Positions 12,661 to 26,090 of a stretch of DNA of 64,000 nucleotides are shown in pieces. Below the pieces are notes generated by a model that had not been told where the DNA came from, did no database searches, and saw only the letters and a list, made by a program, of their open reading frames with translations. The translations under genes and the position numbers were made by a program. Within the stretch, counting starts at the first letter, position 1; the number at the start of each line of letters is the position of its first letter. This DNA comes from Octopus vulgaris. Its lineage: Eukaryota. The DNA is taken from contig OX597820.1 of NCBI GenBank assembly GCA_951406725.2, positions 43,462,001 through 43,526,000 of the forward strand, read 5' to 3'.

Positions 12661-13889
12661 GTAAATATCTAAATACTATACTGGGCATTTTCGGTGCTCA
12701 AATCAATCCTTAGTTTCTCGAATAGAGTAGTCTATAACAATAATATTAACGGGAATGAGTGTAGTTATGTCAGCAACCTCATGCATCTTAGGCGAAAAGC
12801 TTGTCAAAAAGAATGTAAGCAATCGGAATCCAACACAAATATCGGATGAAGATCTTTACAACGTTGGTGCGGAGTGACGTCCCAAAAATGAAATAGAGAA
12901 GTAGATTTCATGTGAATTATAACATATAAAGCCTTAAGTCAGTTATAGTTTTGCATAATATATTAGTCTCCCGCTTATTTTATGACTTCACTAGCTACAG
13001 ACATTTATTGTTATTGAATATATAATGGAAATTAAAGACAAAAAGTGCTCAGTTACTGGTATTTCACTGCCTGTGTTTTTCCATTAGTATCTGCTTTTCA
13101 TACAGTAGTTAGCATTCAGAATAGAACTATGTATATTACTTTTGCTTTTCATATACACGCAAATACGTAGTTATTTCTTTGCTTCTACATATATGTGTAT
13201 ATATCCACGTATCTTCTTAACAAATAGCACAGGTATGTAAACATGAACATACATACATACACATATATATATGTGAGTGTGTGTTTAAGCACACAACATT
13301 CACTGAGAGAGAGAGAGAGAGAGAGAGAACAAGAGATGGAGAGATATAAGTATCCCACCATTACCCAAATTATACTCGTTTATTTCATATTTCAATGAAT
13401 TTGTAAAGTTATTAAAAGATGACGGATTTATTATAAAGGTGACCTTTTAATATCCAAGTGACTCGATGATAGTTTTCTTTTAATTCGATCGTTGTTTGGA
13501 CCAGTGATGCGACATTTACTTGAAGAAGACTGTAAATTGATCTGTCAAAACAGTGTAGATATGTCACAAACAACTGCGAATATTGTGAGGATTCTTCACG
13601 CTCTCAGTACACTATACAGAAACAAGATACATTTTGCTCTGGAGACAGAAATGTTTTGATTTTATGTAGAATGTCAACATATTCCATTAAGTTCTTTATT
13701 AATATGTTGGTTGTCTGGCTGATAGAGAATCGAGCCATTCTTTAATCGATATTTTACACATGACAATACTAGATCAATCGGTAAAATAGTAAACATGTTT
13801 GCCACGTCATGTCACGTCACCGCTCACAAGAGAATTCTAATACACAGCTTCAGTATGTGCAACGTATTTATACTAACTTAAATACACCA

Positions 13890-13892
13890 CCT

Positions 13893-13938
<46 letters not shown>

Positions 13939-14175
13939 CACACACACACACAAACACGCACACAGACACAAACACACACACACACACATATGTAGAAATA
14001 TATATATTTCTACACATACATTCCTTCATACATATATTTGCATACGTACGTAATAGGCATGTATACATATTTGTGCATGTATATATATATATATGTGTGT
14101 GTGTGTATGTGTGTGTGTGTATACCATATATATATCCCATATATATATACACATATATATATCATATATATACGC

Positions 14176-14223
<48 letters not shown>

Positions 14224-14685
14224 GTATATAAATATACATTGAGACCCCCTTCGGTCATGACTGACCGTCGGATTGCACCTACAAAGTTACCCTCCCAGGC
14301 ACAAGTCCGGTCAAGGTTGGTTATGGAAGACCAGCAGTCACCCATGCATACCGGCCTCCCCTGTCCACGCCACCAGTGTTATCCAAGGGAAAGGTAACAG
14401 TAGATACAGCTTAGTACCTGTGACGTCGCAACTCGTTTCTACAGCTGAGTGAACTGGAGCAACGTGAAATAAAGTGCCTTGCTTAAGAACATAGCACGCA
14501 GCCCGGTCCGGGATTCGAACTCACCACCTCACGATCGTAAACTCGATGATCTAACCTCTGAGCCATGCGCCTTCACATCTACACACACACACACATACAC
14601 ACACACATATATATATACATATACATATATATATATATACGTATATATATATATATATATATACGTATATATAAATATGTATATA

Positions 14686-14720
<35 letters not shown>

Positions 14721-14770
14721 CTATATATACATATATACAAATATCTGCGCGTGTGTATTTGTATGTATGT
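13890..14770. repeat. (TA)n/(CA)n/(TATG)n microsatellite blocks flanking SINE C
   Basis: Directly visible; source of the YIYI/HTHT ORFs. Confidence 0.9.
14241..14576 (-). mobile_element. tRNA-derived SINE family C
   Basis: Minus strand GTGAAGGCGCATGGCTCAGAGGTTAGA (A-box)...GAGTTCGAATCCC (B-box), then TTAAGCAAGGCACTTTATTTCACGTTGCTCCAGTTCACTCAGCTG central domain. Confidence 0.8.
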
Positions 14771-14816
14771 GAGTGTGCGCGTGTGTATTTTTACGGGGGA
14801 ACCACCGCGCGAAAGC

Positions 14817-15828
14817 TGTTACGGAATCCCTCACACAGGCCCAATCGATCAGCGAATGTTTGCCACTGAAACTCGGAGAGGAGAGAGACAACAGCAACAG
14901 CAGCAGCCGCAAGAGACACAGAGGCAACCGAGAGAGACACAAAGAAGGCAATTGGCTTACATTTAACGTACTAGTTTATAACACTTTATAATTGTTACAA
15001 CATCAATTACATATCAAATACATCAAAGAGGAAATACATGCAGGTAAGAACACATCAAATGCAATAACAACAGCATTCAAAGAGTACACGTCGAATTAAA
15101 CAAGTCAATACATTATACAGTCCGGAGACAACAGTTCTGTTTCAAATCACATTAACGTTACAGTTCAAAGGACATTAAAGGCATATACAGTTCAATGTTC
15201 ATTAAATTCTTTTCAACAACTCTGTACACAATGTCTTTATACAGTTCTCTCTAGCCTTTTCTTTATAACCATCAACAACATAAACAATGTTCTTTTTACT
15301 GTCTCATTTCTTTTACATTTCAATACATCGATTCTTTTTCCTTCTTTTCCTTCACATAACAATACAAGAATTCACGTACCGTAGTTCCTCTCTATCAGCC
15401 GCCTAATCCTCCGTATATCTCTCTCTCTCTGTCACAGCAGAACAAACCAACTGCTAAAATCCAAACTGCTGACCGCCAAAGCCAACTTGCTAACCGCTTG
15501 CCCTGAATTCCAAAATGCTAACCGTTCGCCCTGACTCCCAAATACCGACTGCTAAAACCAACTTGCTCTGTCCTCGACTGCCTTGTCACTACCCCAATCT
15601 CTCTCTGCCGGAACTCCCTCAGTTCCTTAATCTGTCTTCCTCAGCCCTCAACATTTCTCTCACTGTCTCTCACAAACTGAACTCTAATTCACCTGACAGG
15701 GCCAAAGGTCCCCTAAAAGCCATCACTCTTCCGTGAACAAAGGACTATAACTTTGTATTGTAGACTTTCAGTCTCCAAGCCAGCAAAGTAGGTCAAGGAG
15801 TACTGCACCAGCAGAACCATTCACAACA
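14817..15828 (-). mobile_element. Putative LTR (~1 kb)
   Basis: Termini TGTTGTGAA...TCCGTAACA on the minus strand (TG...CA, short inverted ends), internal subrepeats at 15450-15570, PBS-like TGGTTCCCCCGT nearby; no TSD seen. Confidence 0.45.
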
Positions 15829-15949
15829 GTATAAACATATGCCTGCCTCTCGTATTTGAGTTTGACCTTCTATCAACACGCTGTAAAACCTTCCAAGTTA
15901 CACCCAATGGGCATCGAAGATGTGATACCTATAGAGATATAAATTTGTA

Positions 15950-16050
15950 TCGGTACAAGATAACGAAAAGCGAAGTAGATTTTGAACTCAAAACATAAGA
16001 ATGAACGAAATACTCGGCGTGATAACGATTCCGCTAGCTCACCCACTTAA
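15950..16050 (-). mobile_element. SINE family A head fragment
   Basis: TTTGAACTCAAAAC...GAAATAC...TAACGATTCCGCTAGCTCACC. Confidence 0.55.
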
Positions 16051-17859
16051 ACCTAGAACACATATTGCAACGCATTCCATTCGACTCTTTAGTGATTCTA
16101 CTACAGATGGTATACTATTGAACGCTATCAGGATACTATCTGCAGATTCTGCTGAATAGCAACAGCAAAGCAACATTTAGTAACCATATAAATGCCATGT
16201 AGGTATATCTATTAAAATACTTAAAAGTCCTGTCGGTTAGAAAAAGATATTCAAATATTTATCTATATGATGACTTATACATGTATATATATAGTTTTCT
16301 GTGTACCAACAATGACTTGACAACTTGACTTTGATGTGAAAAGATATTTAAGGCACTCAGCTATATAGTATCTCCGGTGAAAAATTATTCAGAAGCGTCA
16401 AACCATATGAGTTACAATGTTTGTTCCGATTTTCTTTTACATTTCTAAGTTCGAATCACACCAAACCAGAAAATAATATTTCTTAAGTTTTTAGAGAGAT
16501 TTCATCGATTAACAACGCAGGACTAATTTGTGAAGTCGATTTATTAAGTACCATCACAGTGTTGATCCACCGTTCTCTTCCTCAAACAATCACATTCCCT
16601 CACACTTGACAGCTCCATTTGTTGCATGTATACAAACAAATACACACACACACACACATACACACACACGCACACGCATACAAACAACGTAAAATTCTTA
16701 AAAGCTTAAATAATGAGTGCTGCAACACTGAGCAGAAAACATTGAACAATATCCTTGCTAAGACATTTTGGTAGATGCACAGTCAATTTCTAAATTTTGA
16801 TGTATGGGAGGATGAGAACAGACAACTTCGCTAAAACTTCTTTTGAATATCACCTTGAAATACGAAAATAAGTGCTTAGTAGCAACGCTGTCCGGATTTC
16901 TTTAATTTCGATCAAAGTTAAACTTTATAAGTGTTTCACATCACTTCATAGTGGAAAAAGTGAAGATTGGGAGCTGTTATAATCAACACCACCTACGTCG
17001 TAAATAACTACTGATACAGAGAAGATGCTATATCAGTGGGAGACAAATAAAGTCGGAGATAGGAAAGAGCAACATAAATTGTAAAATAGACTAATTTCCT
17101 ATGTGTTGGAAATAAAGAATTTTCCGAAACAGACATACAGAGAGCTTACCAACAAAAATTAGAGATAGGGGGAGAGAGATTAACATAGTATTTATGCAGT
17201 CAGCATATCAATGAGGTTCTAATGCACGACTAATTCGAATTTTCCGATAGTATCAGTTATTGAGTCCGCGGGGTGTATGTAATATAGGCAGATGCTTCTC
17301 TGATAGTCCTGATTTATTGAATTATATTCACTAATGATAAAAAACAAAAAGAGAGACATGCCATAGAGAATCATTAAGAAGGCTATATCATATATTTGAA
17401 CCGAAGGTATATATTAGATGTTTCAGTAACGGGTCACTTTTATGATCCACGCAGCTGGAGCGTTAAAAAGAATAGGAACTTGGATTACATACATTTGAGA
17501 ATTATGAGATTATAAATCATTTAACTGTATTCATCAACAGCATCTTTACATGAAACATTTAAACTTATTTGCAAGTACACTATCGATTTGGTACCTGATC
17601 GTCAACAGGGTGTCATATATTTGAATGTGTACATTGTAACTGGCTCAGAAAATCAAGAACATGAGGGCCTGATTTTTTTCAACAGCCATTTTCCTGCTTC
17701 TATGGAAAACGGATTTCATAACATAAAACGGACATCAGATTTTTCAGGTCAAGCCAATGTACAAATAATCAATGTATCAAATGATGAATGTTATTACGTT
17801 TTTAGTATTTACCATCTGTACAACAGAATAGTGTGAAATATCAGGTAATATGGAGATTT

Positions 17860-17950
17860 AAGGCGGTGAGCTGGTAAGGAATAATTACTACCCCAGACAA
17901 AATGCCTAGCAGTATTTCTTCCAAGGGTGGCGAGCTGGCAGAAACGTTAG
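17860..17950 (+). mobile_element. Two tandem SINE family A 5' stubs
   Basis: AAGGCGGTGAGCTGG... and GGTGGCGAGCTGGCAGAAACGTTAG, each truncated before the B-box. Confidence 0.55.
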
Positions 17951-18880
17951 AAAATATCATTCGTAGCAGGCATTCTCTCAACATCGTTCACACCTGCCTG
18001 ACTCGGGCTCAGAAGTTACAGTCCGAGTTGCTATCTATAATCGTAAGAATTAACAGTAATTCAAATTCGATGTTTTCTTGGATCAATAAATTTCTATAGA
18101 GATTAGGATTTAAATTCCAGTCTATGAAAAGTTTTCGTTCTACAATATTATTAAAGGAATGAAAAATTATCCAGTAACTCGAGTTAATATGAACGAGTCT
18201 GGTAGGTGTAAAAGACTAACTGGTATCTCTTGTCAGGAGTACAGGTGACAGGAAGATCGATGAGCTTCGTTGTGCAATCTGCTATCATTATTTGATTGTG
18301 TTATTTTGTGCGTCTTTGTATGAAGATCACTTGTGTTTTGCAGGGTTGCTTTACATTTACACTTGACTTAGAAACTGAGAAAGACATAGTGCTACATATA
18401 AAATATAAGCCGTTTGGGGCTAAAAAGATTGCGGAAAAAACATGACATTCTCCGAGCAGGCATTGATCTTGTACAAAATTTGTGATGAGCCCGAGTAACG
18501 AAATCTGTGAATAGCCCGAGTGACGCTGATGAACTGCGTCGCCTCTAATATAAATATGTACGTTCTGCTTGACGCACGACCTATGCGACTTACGGACATC
18601 TTCACTCACCAACACAAAAAATAAAAGTAAATGAATAAAAAATAGATTTTCGGGAACGTTGGGCAACCTTCTCGTACAATAACTATGGCAGCATCTGGCA
18701 ACACAGGTCTCTCTCAGACCCAGACATCAACTGCCTGTCACTGTCTTTCAGTCGCTCTCAAGCATCGGTTACGTTTGAATGAAAATAGTGTTGTAAAATA
18801 TAAATCTGATATACGACTAGATCGACTTACGACCTGTTAGTCAGAGTGGAACTCGGTCGTATGTCGAAGAAAAGGTTATT

Positions 18881-20357
18881 CAGGCTAACCGTACCCTACG
18901 TCGTTCATTGGTTCCAGGAGACACGACTTAAGTCGAATTAAGTTGTCTTTAGGCTAGGGTATGCCGGATTTACTCGTCACTAGGCTAAACCGATAATAAC
19001 AATTCCCAGTTCTGTACTTTATTTATGAATGCATTTTCAATAAAACATGGTTAATAAAAACCTATTTTAAGCTTACAAATTAAAAAATTTTTTTTTGATA
19101 CAGTACAGTAAAAAAAAGTAAATTAAATTTACGAATACAATTTGGCGGTGTTTCCCGTACATCGCGAACGCTTAATTTATGAATGTGATTTGCAATAGCA
19201 CATGGTGAAATAAAAGCCTTTTTTAAGCTTAAAAAACAAATTCTGTAATTATTACTATTTTGTAAAAGTAGAAAAAACTAAATTATATCAAATTTACCTA
19301 TACGTACTTGCAATTTCGAGGTTTACATTGCGAATGTAGATGGCTGTGAATCGTCAACATTAACAACTGAATCTTGTTGTTCGATGCTCTTTAAAAACCG
19401 GTTGAATGTTCCTTGAACTGTCTTCTTTTCCTTAAGGATTACATTATAAGGATCCAAAGCTTCGTGACAAACCCCCATGATCTTTGAAAAGCGTTGAGCA
19501 TTTGGATCCATATACTCGAACATAGATCTTTTCTGATATATGCAAATACTTGCTGCATTTTCTTAATGGTAAAGTGACGTGGCTCAGTTTCGACTTCCTC
19601 TTCTTTATTTTATTGCTCCTGAAGCTCTATCAAATACCCGTTCGTCAGAAGCTGCTTCTCTTTTTCAAATAAATCTGTAAAATCATCCTCCTCCAAATCC
19701 ATTTCCAGTTCTTTTCTCGTAGTCACCACCGTTTTGTTGATGGCAACATTATCAAACACCTTAAAATATAATTCACGAATTGTGGGCATAGCTTCTTTCA
19801 TACAACATTCGTAGCCAGTTTATCTTCCAACGTTGTAGCATGACACTTAGCACTTTCACTATGAATTTTCTTAGGAGCCATGGGGGCAAAAAGGAAAATC
19901 ACAAATGAATAAGAATGAGAAGGTAGCTGAAAAACTGATGCAAACAAATCTGAATTCAAAACAATCGCGGGAATGACGAGTGACAACGACGCCTAACGGT
20001 AGATATTGGAACTACTGTGCAATGTGAGTTCCGAAAGATCGATAAATAAGACAACACAGCTAATTTCATGATTTTGTTTACTAAGTTACACTACTTTATG
20101 GTGTGTATCTTAACATTTATTGTACGTATTTTAATATGATTTTATATGCTTTTATTCTTATTTATTTTATAGCAACATGATTTTATGTGCCTTTAACAGT
20201 TTTCTAGTGGTTTTACGCTTCCAATATTTATGGCAGACCGGCGCAAAGTCGAGTAAAATGAATTAACTATATTTTATTTCTCGATATATTACTTTGGAAA
20301 ACTGACGTATGATCGAGAACGACTTAAATGGAAACGACCTCTGCTGAGGTATGCCTG
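18881..20357 (-). mobile_element. Tigger/pogo-family DNA transposon, internally deleted
   Basis: Terminus CAGGCATACCTC preceded by TA (Tigger1-like TIR); N-terminal MAPKK...ATTLEDKL fused to C-terminal DLEEDDFTDLF...LTNGYLIEL and FEYMDPNAQRFSK...YNVILKEKKTVQ; DDE core absent; other end CAGGCTAACC at 18881. Confidence 0.8.
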
Positions 20358-20399
20358 TATATATATAAAGAAATTTGTATATATATATATATATATATA

Positions 20400-21360
20400 C
20401 ATATTTTATGGATATCGTGATATACATTCGGTTTTCGCTATTTAAGTTAGCTTTTCAAGGGATATTGTAAAGTAATCAATTCTTGTGACAAAGGGGTCTC
20501 ACTATTTTGGATACTTGAAAAGTAAGAATGAGTATAGAGAATGGACAAAGGGAGGCAACAGGTGGCAAGGCGTGCAAACTCCTCTGTGTAATTGTTGAAA
20601 TAGGAATGTGTAGGGATCAGGTAGTCATGTTTGTATATTAAGGTGTTATCTGTACTTTTGTATGAACAGGTTTTCCTTGTTTAGGCGATCTAATAAAGAG
20701 ATTGAATCTTTGCATTGGTATAACGGAAAGATATGGAAAATCGGCATTTTATTTCTTCCGCATCTGTCGATATGTTCGCTCAGGGCTATCTGCCTGTATT
20801 GAGGAAAATGAATATGTTCTTTATGCAGCGGGAATCTGCATTTCAAATTAAGACTCGTTTGGCCAACAAATTTGTGGTCACAACCTTAGCAGGTTAGGAC
20901 ATACATGAGGTTCCTTTTTGTTAGATTGAACGGAATATTTATTTTGGTGTGTCTAGGATGGCATAAACTGAAAAGGAGATAGTTTTCAGTCTGGTGGATT
21001 GTAGTAGATGTTAGTTGCAATTTTGATGTTGTATTTTTTATAATAAAAATGTCTAGAAATGGGAAGGTTATCATAGGCATCATTCCAGATGATAAAACAA
21101 TCGTCTAGGTACCATTTCCAGTTTTCTCTTATATACTTGTGGAATGGGGATCCAAATTTTTGAAGCAAAAGTTCATATAGGGTAGATTCAAAGTAATTAT
21201 TTGTTTGCATTTAAAATTTGTGATATATTATTTTTCCTTTTCTGTGAGCCTTTTCTATGTTTGTGATTGAAAAATGCAAGATTTTAATGTTTTTTGCTGC
21301 CTACAATTTGCAACTTTTTCATAAAAGGTTTTTAAAGTGTTCTGTGTCCATTGGATCCCC
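20400..21360 (-). mobile_element. Penelope-like element remnant (RT, thumb, GIY-YIG C-terminus, pLTR)
   Basis: WKWYLDDCFIIW (RT motif), FPFLDI, IYYNPPD, YLLFSLCHPRHTKINIPFNL (PLE thumb), LSEHIDRCG...RLNKENLFIQKY; frameshifted and deleted. Confidence 0.85.
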
Positions 21361-21423
21361 ATTCCACCAGTATATATACATATATGCATGCATACATATA
21401 TACATACATCGATATATAAATGC

Positions 21424-21508
21424 ATACATACATACATACATACATACATACATACATACATACATACATACATACATACATACATACATACATACATACA
21501 TACATACA
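21424..21508. repeat. (CATA)n microsatellite
   Basis: Directly visible. Confidence 0.95.
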
Positions 21509-22051
21509 TGCATGTATACATTCACGCATGCTTTCATACAGATATATAGAACGAGACAAACGCAGAAGCAGACAGGGAAACTGATAGATAGGACAGAAAA
21601 AGAAAGAGAAAGAGAAAGGAGAGAGAAGTGAGGGAGTTGGATATTATTTGATTATGTAAAAGATTGCGAGGTTCTTATGAATTTGCATGAGTTTATGTGT
21701 ATAAGCCTGTGTGCGAAAGCGCGTGTGTCTCTCTTTTGTATGTGCCCGTGTGTGTGTGTTCTTGAATTTCGTAAATTTTATATTTTATTGACTTGGGTTG
21801 TTTTTTATGCGATTGTTATCCTACCTATTTGTTATAACTAATGATACATTCATACACACAGACGCGCACCTGCGTATACATATGCATGTATATTTGTATC
21901 TATGTTTGTGGTGGGTGCTTAAATGTGCGTGAATATGTGCGTTTACGTACATACGTACGTAATACATATATGTATATATATGTATATACACATATATATA
22001 TATATATATATACATATATATATGTGTATGTGTGTATGTAGATGCACACAT

Positions 22052-22084
<33 letters not shown>

Positions 22085-22416
22085 TACATGCATTCTTTCT
22101 TCCACTATGTTATTCTCAATCTCTATTGCCTTAGATGTTTTTTAGCATTTATTATTATTTTTCAATTGATTTTTCCTTTTTGCTTTCGAAGTCGGTCTTC
22201 TTTTCTTTTTTTTTTTTTTAGAAGTAATGTTTAAATAAATATCACATGTAAATTGTAGCTGATTATCGGTGTGCATTTACTGTACAGCTATAGAATTACG
22301 TTAAAATTATGGCTGGCTCAGGACAGAAAGCAACATACCTCCAATTACTAAATATTTACTTCACCACCGAAGCTGCCTTTTGAAAAAATAAAATAGAGAA
22401 AGATTTTTCCATCACA

Positions 22417-22419
<3 letters not shown>

Positions 22420-22482
<63 letters not shown>

Positions 22483-22510
22483 TATATTTTTATTCTATTA
22501 TTATCATTAT
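22420..22510. repeat. (TTA)n microsatellite
   Basis: Directly visible. Confidence 0.95.
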
Positions 22511-22511
22511 T

Positions 22512-22906
22512 AACGCGGTGAGCTGGCAGAAGCGTTAGCCCGCCGGGCGAAATGCGGAGCCGTATTTCGTTTGCCGATACGTTCTGAGTTCAAATTCCGC
22601 CGAGGTTGACTTTACCTTTTATCCTTTCGGAATCGATTAAATAAGTACCAGTTACGCACTGGGGTCGATATAATCGATTTAATCCGTTTGTCTGTCCTTG
22701 TTTGTCCTCTCTGTGTTTACCCCCTTGTGGGTAGTAAAGAAATAGGTATTTCGTCTACCGCTATGTTCTGAGTTCAAATTCCGCCGACTTCGACTTAGAA
22801 TTTCATCCGTTCGGCATCAATACATTAAGCACTGGTAAAACAACTGAGGTCGATGCAATTAACTTATCCCGTCCCCCAAAGTGGCGGCCCTTGCGGCAAA
22901 ATTTGT
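22512..22906 (+). mobile_element. SINE family A dimer between (TTA)n tracts
   Basis: GGTGAGCTGGCAGAAGCGTTAGC A-box, two GTTCTGAGTTCAAATTCCGCCGA B-box units, spacer; followed by (TTA)n at 22907-22948. Confidence 0.9.
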
Positions 22907-22907
22907 G

Positions 22908-22948
<41 letters not shown>

Positions 22949-22949
<1 letters not shown>

Positions 22950-24450
22950 GTCTTTGCACAAATTCTAACGCTGGAGATGTACTACAGTACGTTGGAGATG
23001 GAGGTGTTAGCTGTTCACTACCAGTGAACTAAGGTAACACCTCTTATTTTCCGAGCACCTTCCGGAGTATTCGAGCGGTTCCAAACAGTGTTGTTTTCAG
23101 CAATTGCTCCACACTTATTGCAGCCCTTAGTTGTTCCACGTACTTCTTGAGATTTTTGCTCACCCTTCCCAGGTCTCCGACAATTATTGGTGCTATTGCT
23201 ACTTTTTTCAACGACAAAAACTGCTTAACTTCCCAAGCTAACTGTCATATCTCTCAACTTTTCTTTCTTCCTTATCGCATATCTTGTTGTCAGCTGCGCA
23301 TGCTATATCTATGATCCAGCATAGTTTGCTTTCTTTCTCAATTAAGACTATGTCTGGCTTCATATTCTCTATCTCATGGTCGCACTGAATCTTAAAATCC
23401 CATAGGATATTTGCATTTATATTTTCGATGCTGCCTTCAGGTTTGTAGTCGTACCAAGTTTTTGCTCTGTCAAAATTGCCTTCACTTACCTAACTGAAAT
23501 GACTAGTTCTGCCTGTTTTGGACAGACTACTGTTTGTTTCAGTTTTTGCAACCATTCAGCATCCTTCTTGTACTCCTTGTCTTTGCTCCAGATGTCACTC
23601 CACAAACTTTGACTTTCAATGTTATCTGTTATCAACTTTTCATCTGTACACTCTCCATTTATTTCTTTATAGAATCTCTTCTGATCTACTCTGAATAACC
23701 TATTCTGGTGGTAACCCATCATTCTTTGGTTGCATCTTACCATCTTTGCTTTCTTTGCAACGAGGTGCTGTTTCAGTTCCTCCATTACAACTTTCAGGCC
23801 CTTTCTTTCATCATTATACTCCCTTTTCAGCACCCTGTATTTTTGCTGCTTTTAAACTCCCCGTTTTCTTTCGGTCTAACATAGAGATTTCCTTCCAGAG
23901 CATGTCTAACTCTGCCTGGGTTCTTCCACCGTGGATCCTTTCTTTTGTCACTCCCATTATGTTTCTTTTTCTTGACATCAAAATCCACGTTTTCTGCTAC
24001 AACACTACTTGCTGCCTTGATCAAATTATTTATTTCTGTGATGTTGCTTGTTCTGATGTATTTCATAATTTCATTGACATATTTCGTTTCTTGGTTCAAT
24101 TTCCATCGATCAACCTTTTTACGGTTGCAAATAATGTCGCTATCGTTCTGTAGTCTTGCCTTTATTCTGTCGTAGATTGCCTTTTGTTCACTTGTCATGT
24201 TGCCATTAGTTTTATTGTCTTCTTTTAGATCATTTATATGCCTCTCATCAAGTAAACTACCACTGCTCCTTTCTTGTGCTTTGAAATTACTCTTATTAGT
24301 AAGACCTGTATTTTCATTGTTATCTCTGCTGCTATTTTCCAAGACCCGTCTTTTGATAGCTTCGAGCTCTACTTCTGTCAACTAACGATTTTTTCTTATT
24401 GCTCTAGCTTGATCACATAGTCCCTGTTCCGTCAGTTGAAACAATCCATT
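22949..24450 (-). mobile_element. R4/Dong-type RLE non-LTR retrotransposon, RT region deleted
   Basis: N-terminal LTEQGLCDQARAIRKN..LTEVELEAIK and QNRLFRVDQKRFYKEIN joined at ~23485 to the RLE domain ILWDFKIQCDHEI..KPDIV..IIDIAC and terminal GTARILRKVL; 3' end runs into (TAA)n. Confidence 0.85.
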
Positions 24451-24529
24451 ATTTATATTATTATTGTTTTTTATCATTATTATTATTATTTATATATATC
24501 TTTAGGTCTCTATCTTTAGGTCACTCCTC

Positions 24530-25950
24530 GTCATCCATAGCTACTGGTTTTCTGTACCTGTCTTGGCGTTCACATCTCCTTCAAACTGACCGCACATTTT
24601 CTTTTCCTTCCATGCTTTTTCTGTTCTTTTTATTGTTTCTTTTTTGTTAATTTCTTGTTTAAAATTTTCTGTTGTTACACAGTTTGGAGTTTTGATGACG
24701 ATAGCCTTCTTAGTGTGTTTCAACAGTGGATCTGTGGCATCTTCTATATACTACACTAAGCTGTTTACCTCTGCTTCGATACAGTCCTGGCAACTGATCG
24801 AACCTCTCCCGCTCTCTCCTCTGGACAAGTACTGTTTATCGGTGTCACTCTTAAGGTGGAAGGCTATGTGCACTGTCAATATTTAACTGGTCTTGCTATT
24901 CATTTTCATCACTTCTCTCTTTCGCCATTTTATAATACCCGCTCTATTTTGTGTCACATCTTCGCCATACAGTTTCAAATCATCCATGGAGAGGAGGTGG
25001 TTAATTGTTTGAGAATGTCCCTTTAGTTGGTATCCCAGGTTCATTTTCCTAAGTTCCAAGGTGAGGGTTATCGTGTAGAGAACAAAAAGCAACGGATATA
25101 GGATATCTGCCAGAAAAATCCCTCATGATACCCAGGGTGCCCAAACTTTTTCTGTAAGATGTCAGTTCAGTTTTCCATCCCACCATACTTCTCTTCGGGA
25201 AACATGTTACATTCCTCGTAATTTCAAACAGATCTAAGCATTCGATGATCCACGATTGTGTACTCATATCATAAACTTTGCGATAGTCAATCCAGGCCAT
25301 TCCCAGATTTGTTCTCCTTCCTTCACAATCTTGCATTACCATTTTGTCTGTCAATAATTGATCTATGGGGCCTCTGTATCTCTTTCTACAACATTATTGT
25401 TCCATCGGTAATATATCGTTCTCATCAAGAAATTTATACTGTTCTGCAATTCCTCTTAACTATATCTTCCATATTAATGGGAGGCAGGAAATTTGGTCTG
25501 TATCCTTCAGGCACAAAATCGTTCGTCCTTTTGTCAACCAGCCGTGGATTTCTCCTCCATTGATCAATGCATTAAATTGTTCTGCGATCAATTTATGACA
25601 ACCACTGAACTTTTTTCTTAATCCAAAATTCATGTACACCATCAGGTCCTGCTGTTTTTCTAATTCCTTATCATTTTACTCACAGTTCTGATACTGTCGT
25701 CTCCTGTACTGTTGTCCTTGCTTACTCCATATCTTATCCAAGAAAATCGAATTTCATCAGCATCAGGGACTAATCTTTCACGTGTTTAAACTCTTGATAA
25801 ACTATTTTTTGGACGTTATAAACAATTTGTTTTGCAGATATTGCTTAATCCGTTGTTTAAGCCTAGTTAGTATTGCTTTTTAGCATGTATGCACTGCTTC
25901 ACTTCTTCAGTTACAACATTCAGGCCTTTTGTGTCTACACCATACTTCAT
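24530..25950 (-). mobile_element. R4/Dong-type LINE RT-domain fragment (separate copy)
   Basis: [46 protein letters not shown]; many frameshifts; bounded by TTA-rich tracts. Confidence 0.85.
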
Positions 25951-25959
25951 ACTATTATC

Positions 25960-26014
25960 ATCACTATTATTATTACTATCATCATCAACATTATTAGTAT
26001 TATTATTATTATTA

Positions 26015-26070
<56 letters not shown>

Positions 26071-26090
26071 GTTGTTGTTGTTGTTGTTGT
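25960..26090. repeat. (TTA)n-(TTG)n microsatellite
   Basis: Directly visible. Confidence 0.95.

Noticed and set aside
14790-14817. Minus-strand AGCTTTCGCGCGGTGG similar to the U4 snRNA 5' end
   Set aside because: Match is short and gapped and does not extend
23480-23495. AG|GTAAGT donor consensus at the Dong internal deletion junction
   Set aside because: The donor is retained rather than removed, so splicing does not explain the deletion; no evidence of exonisation
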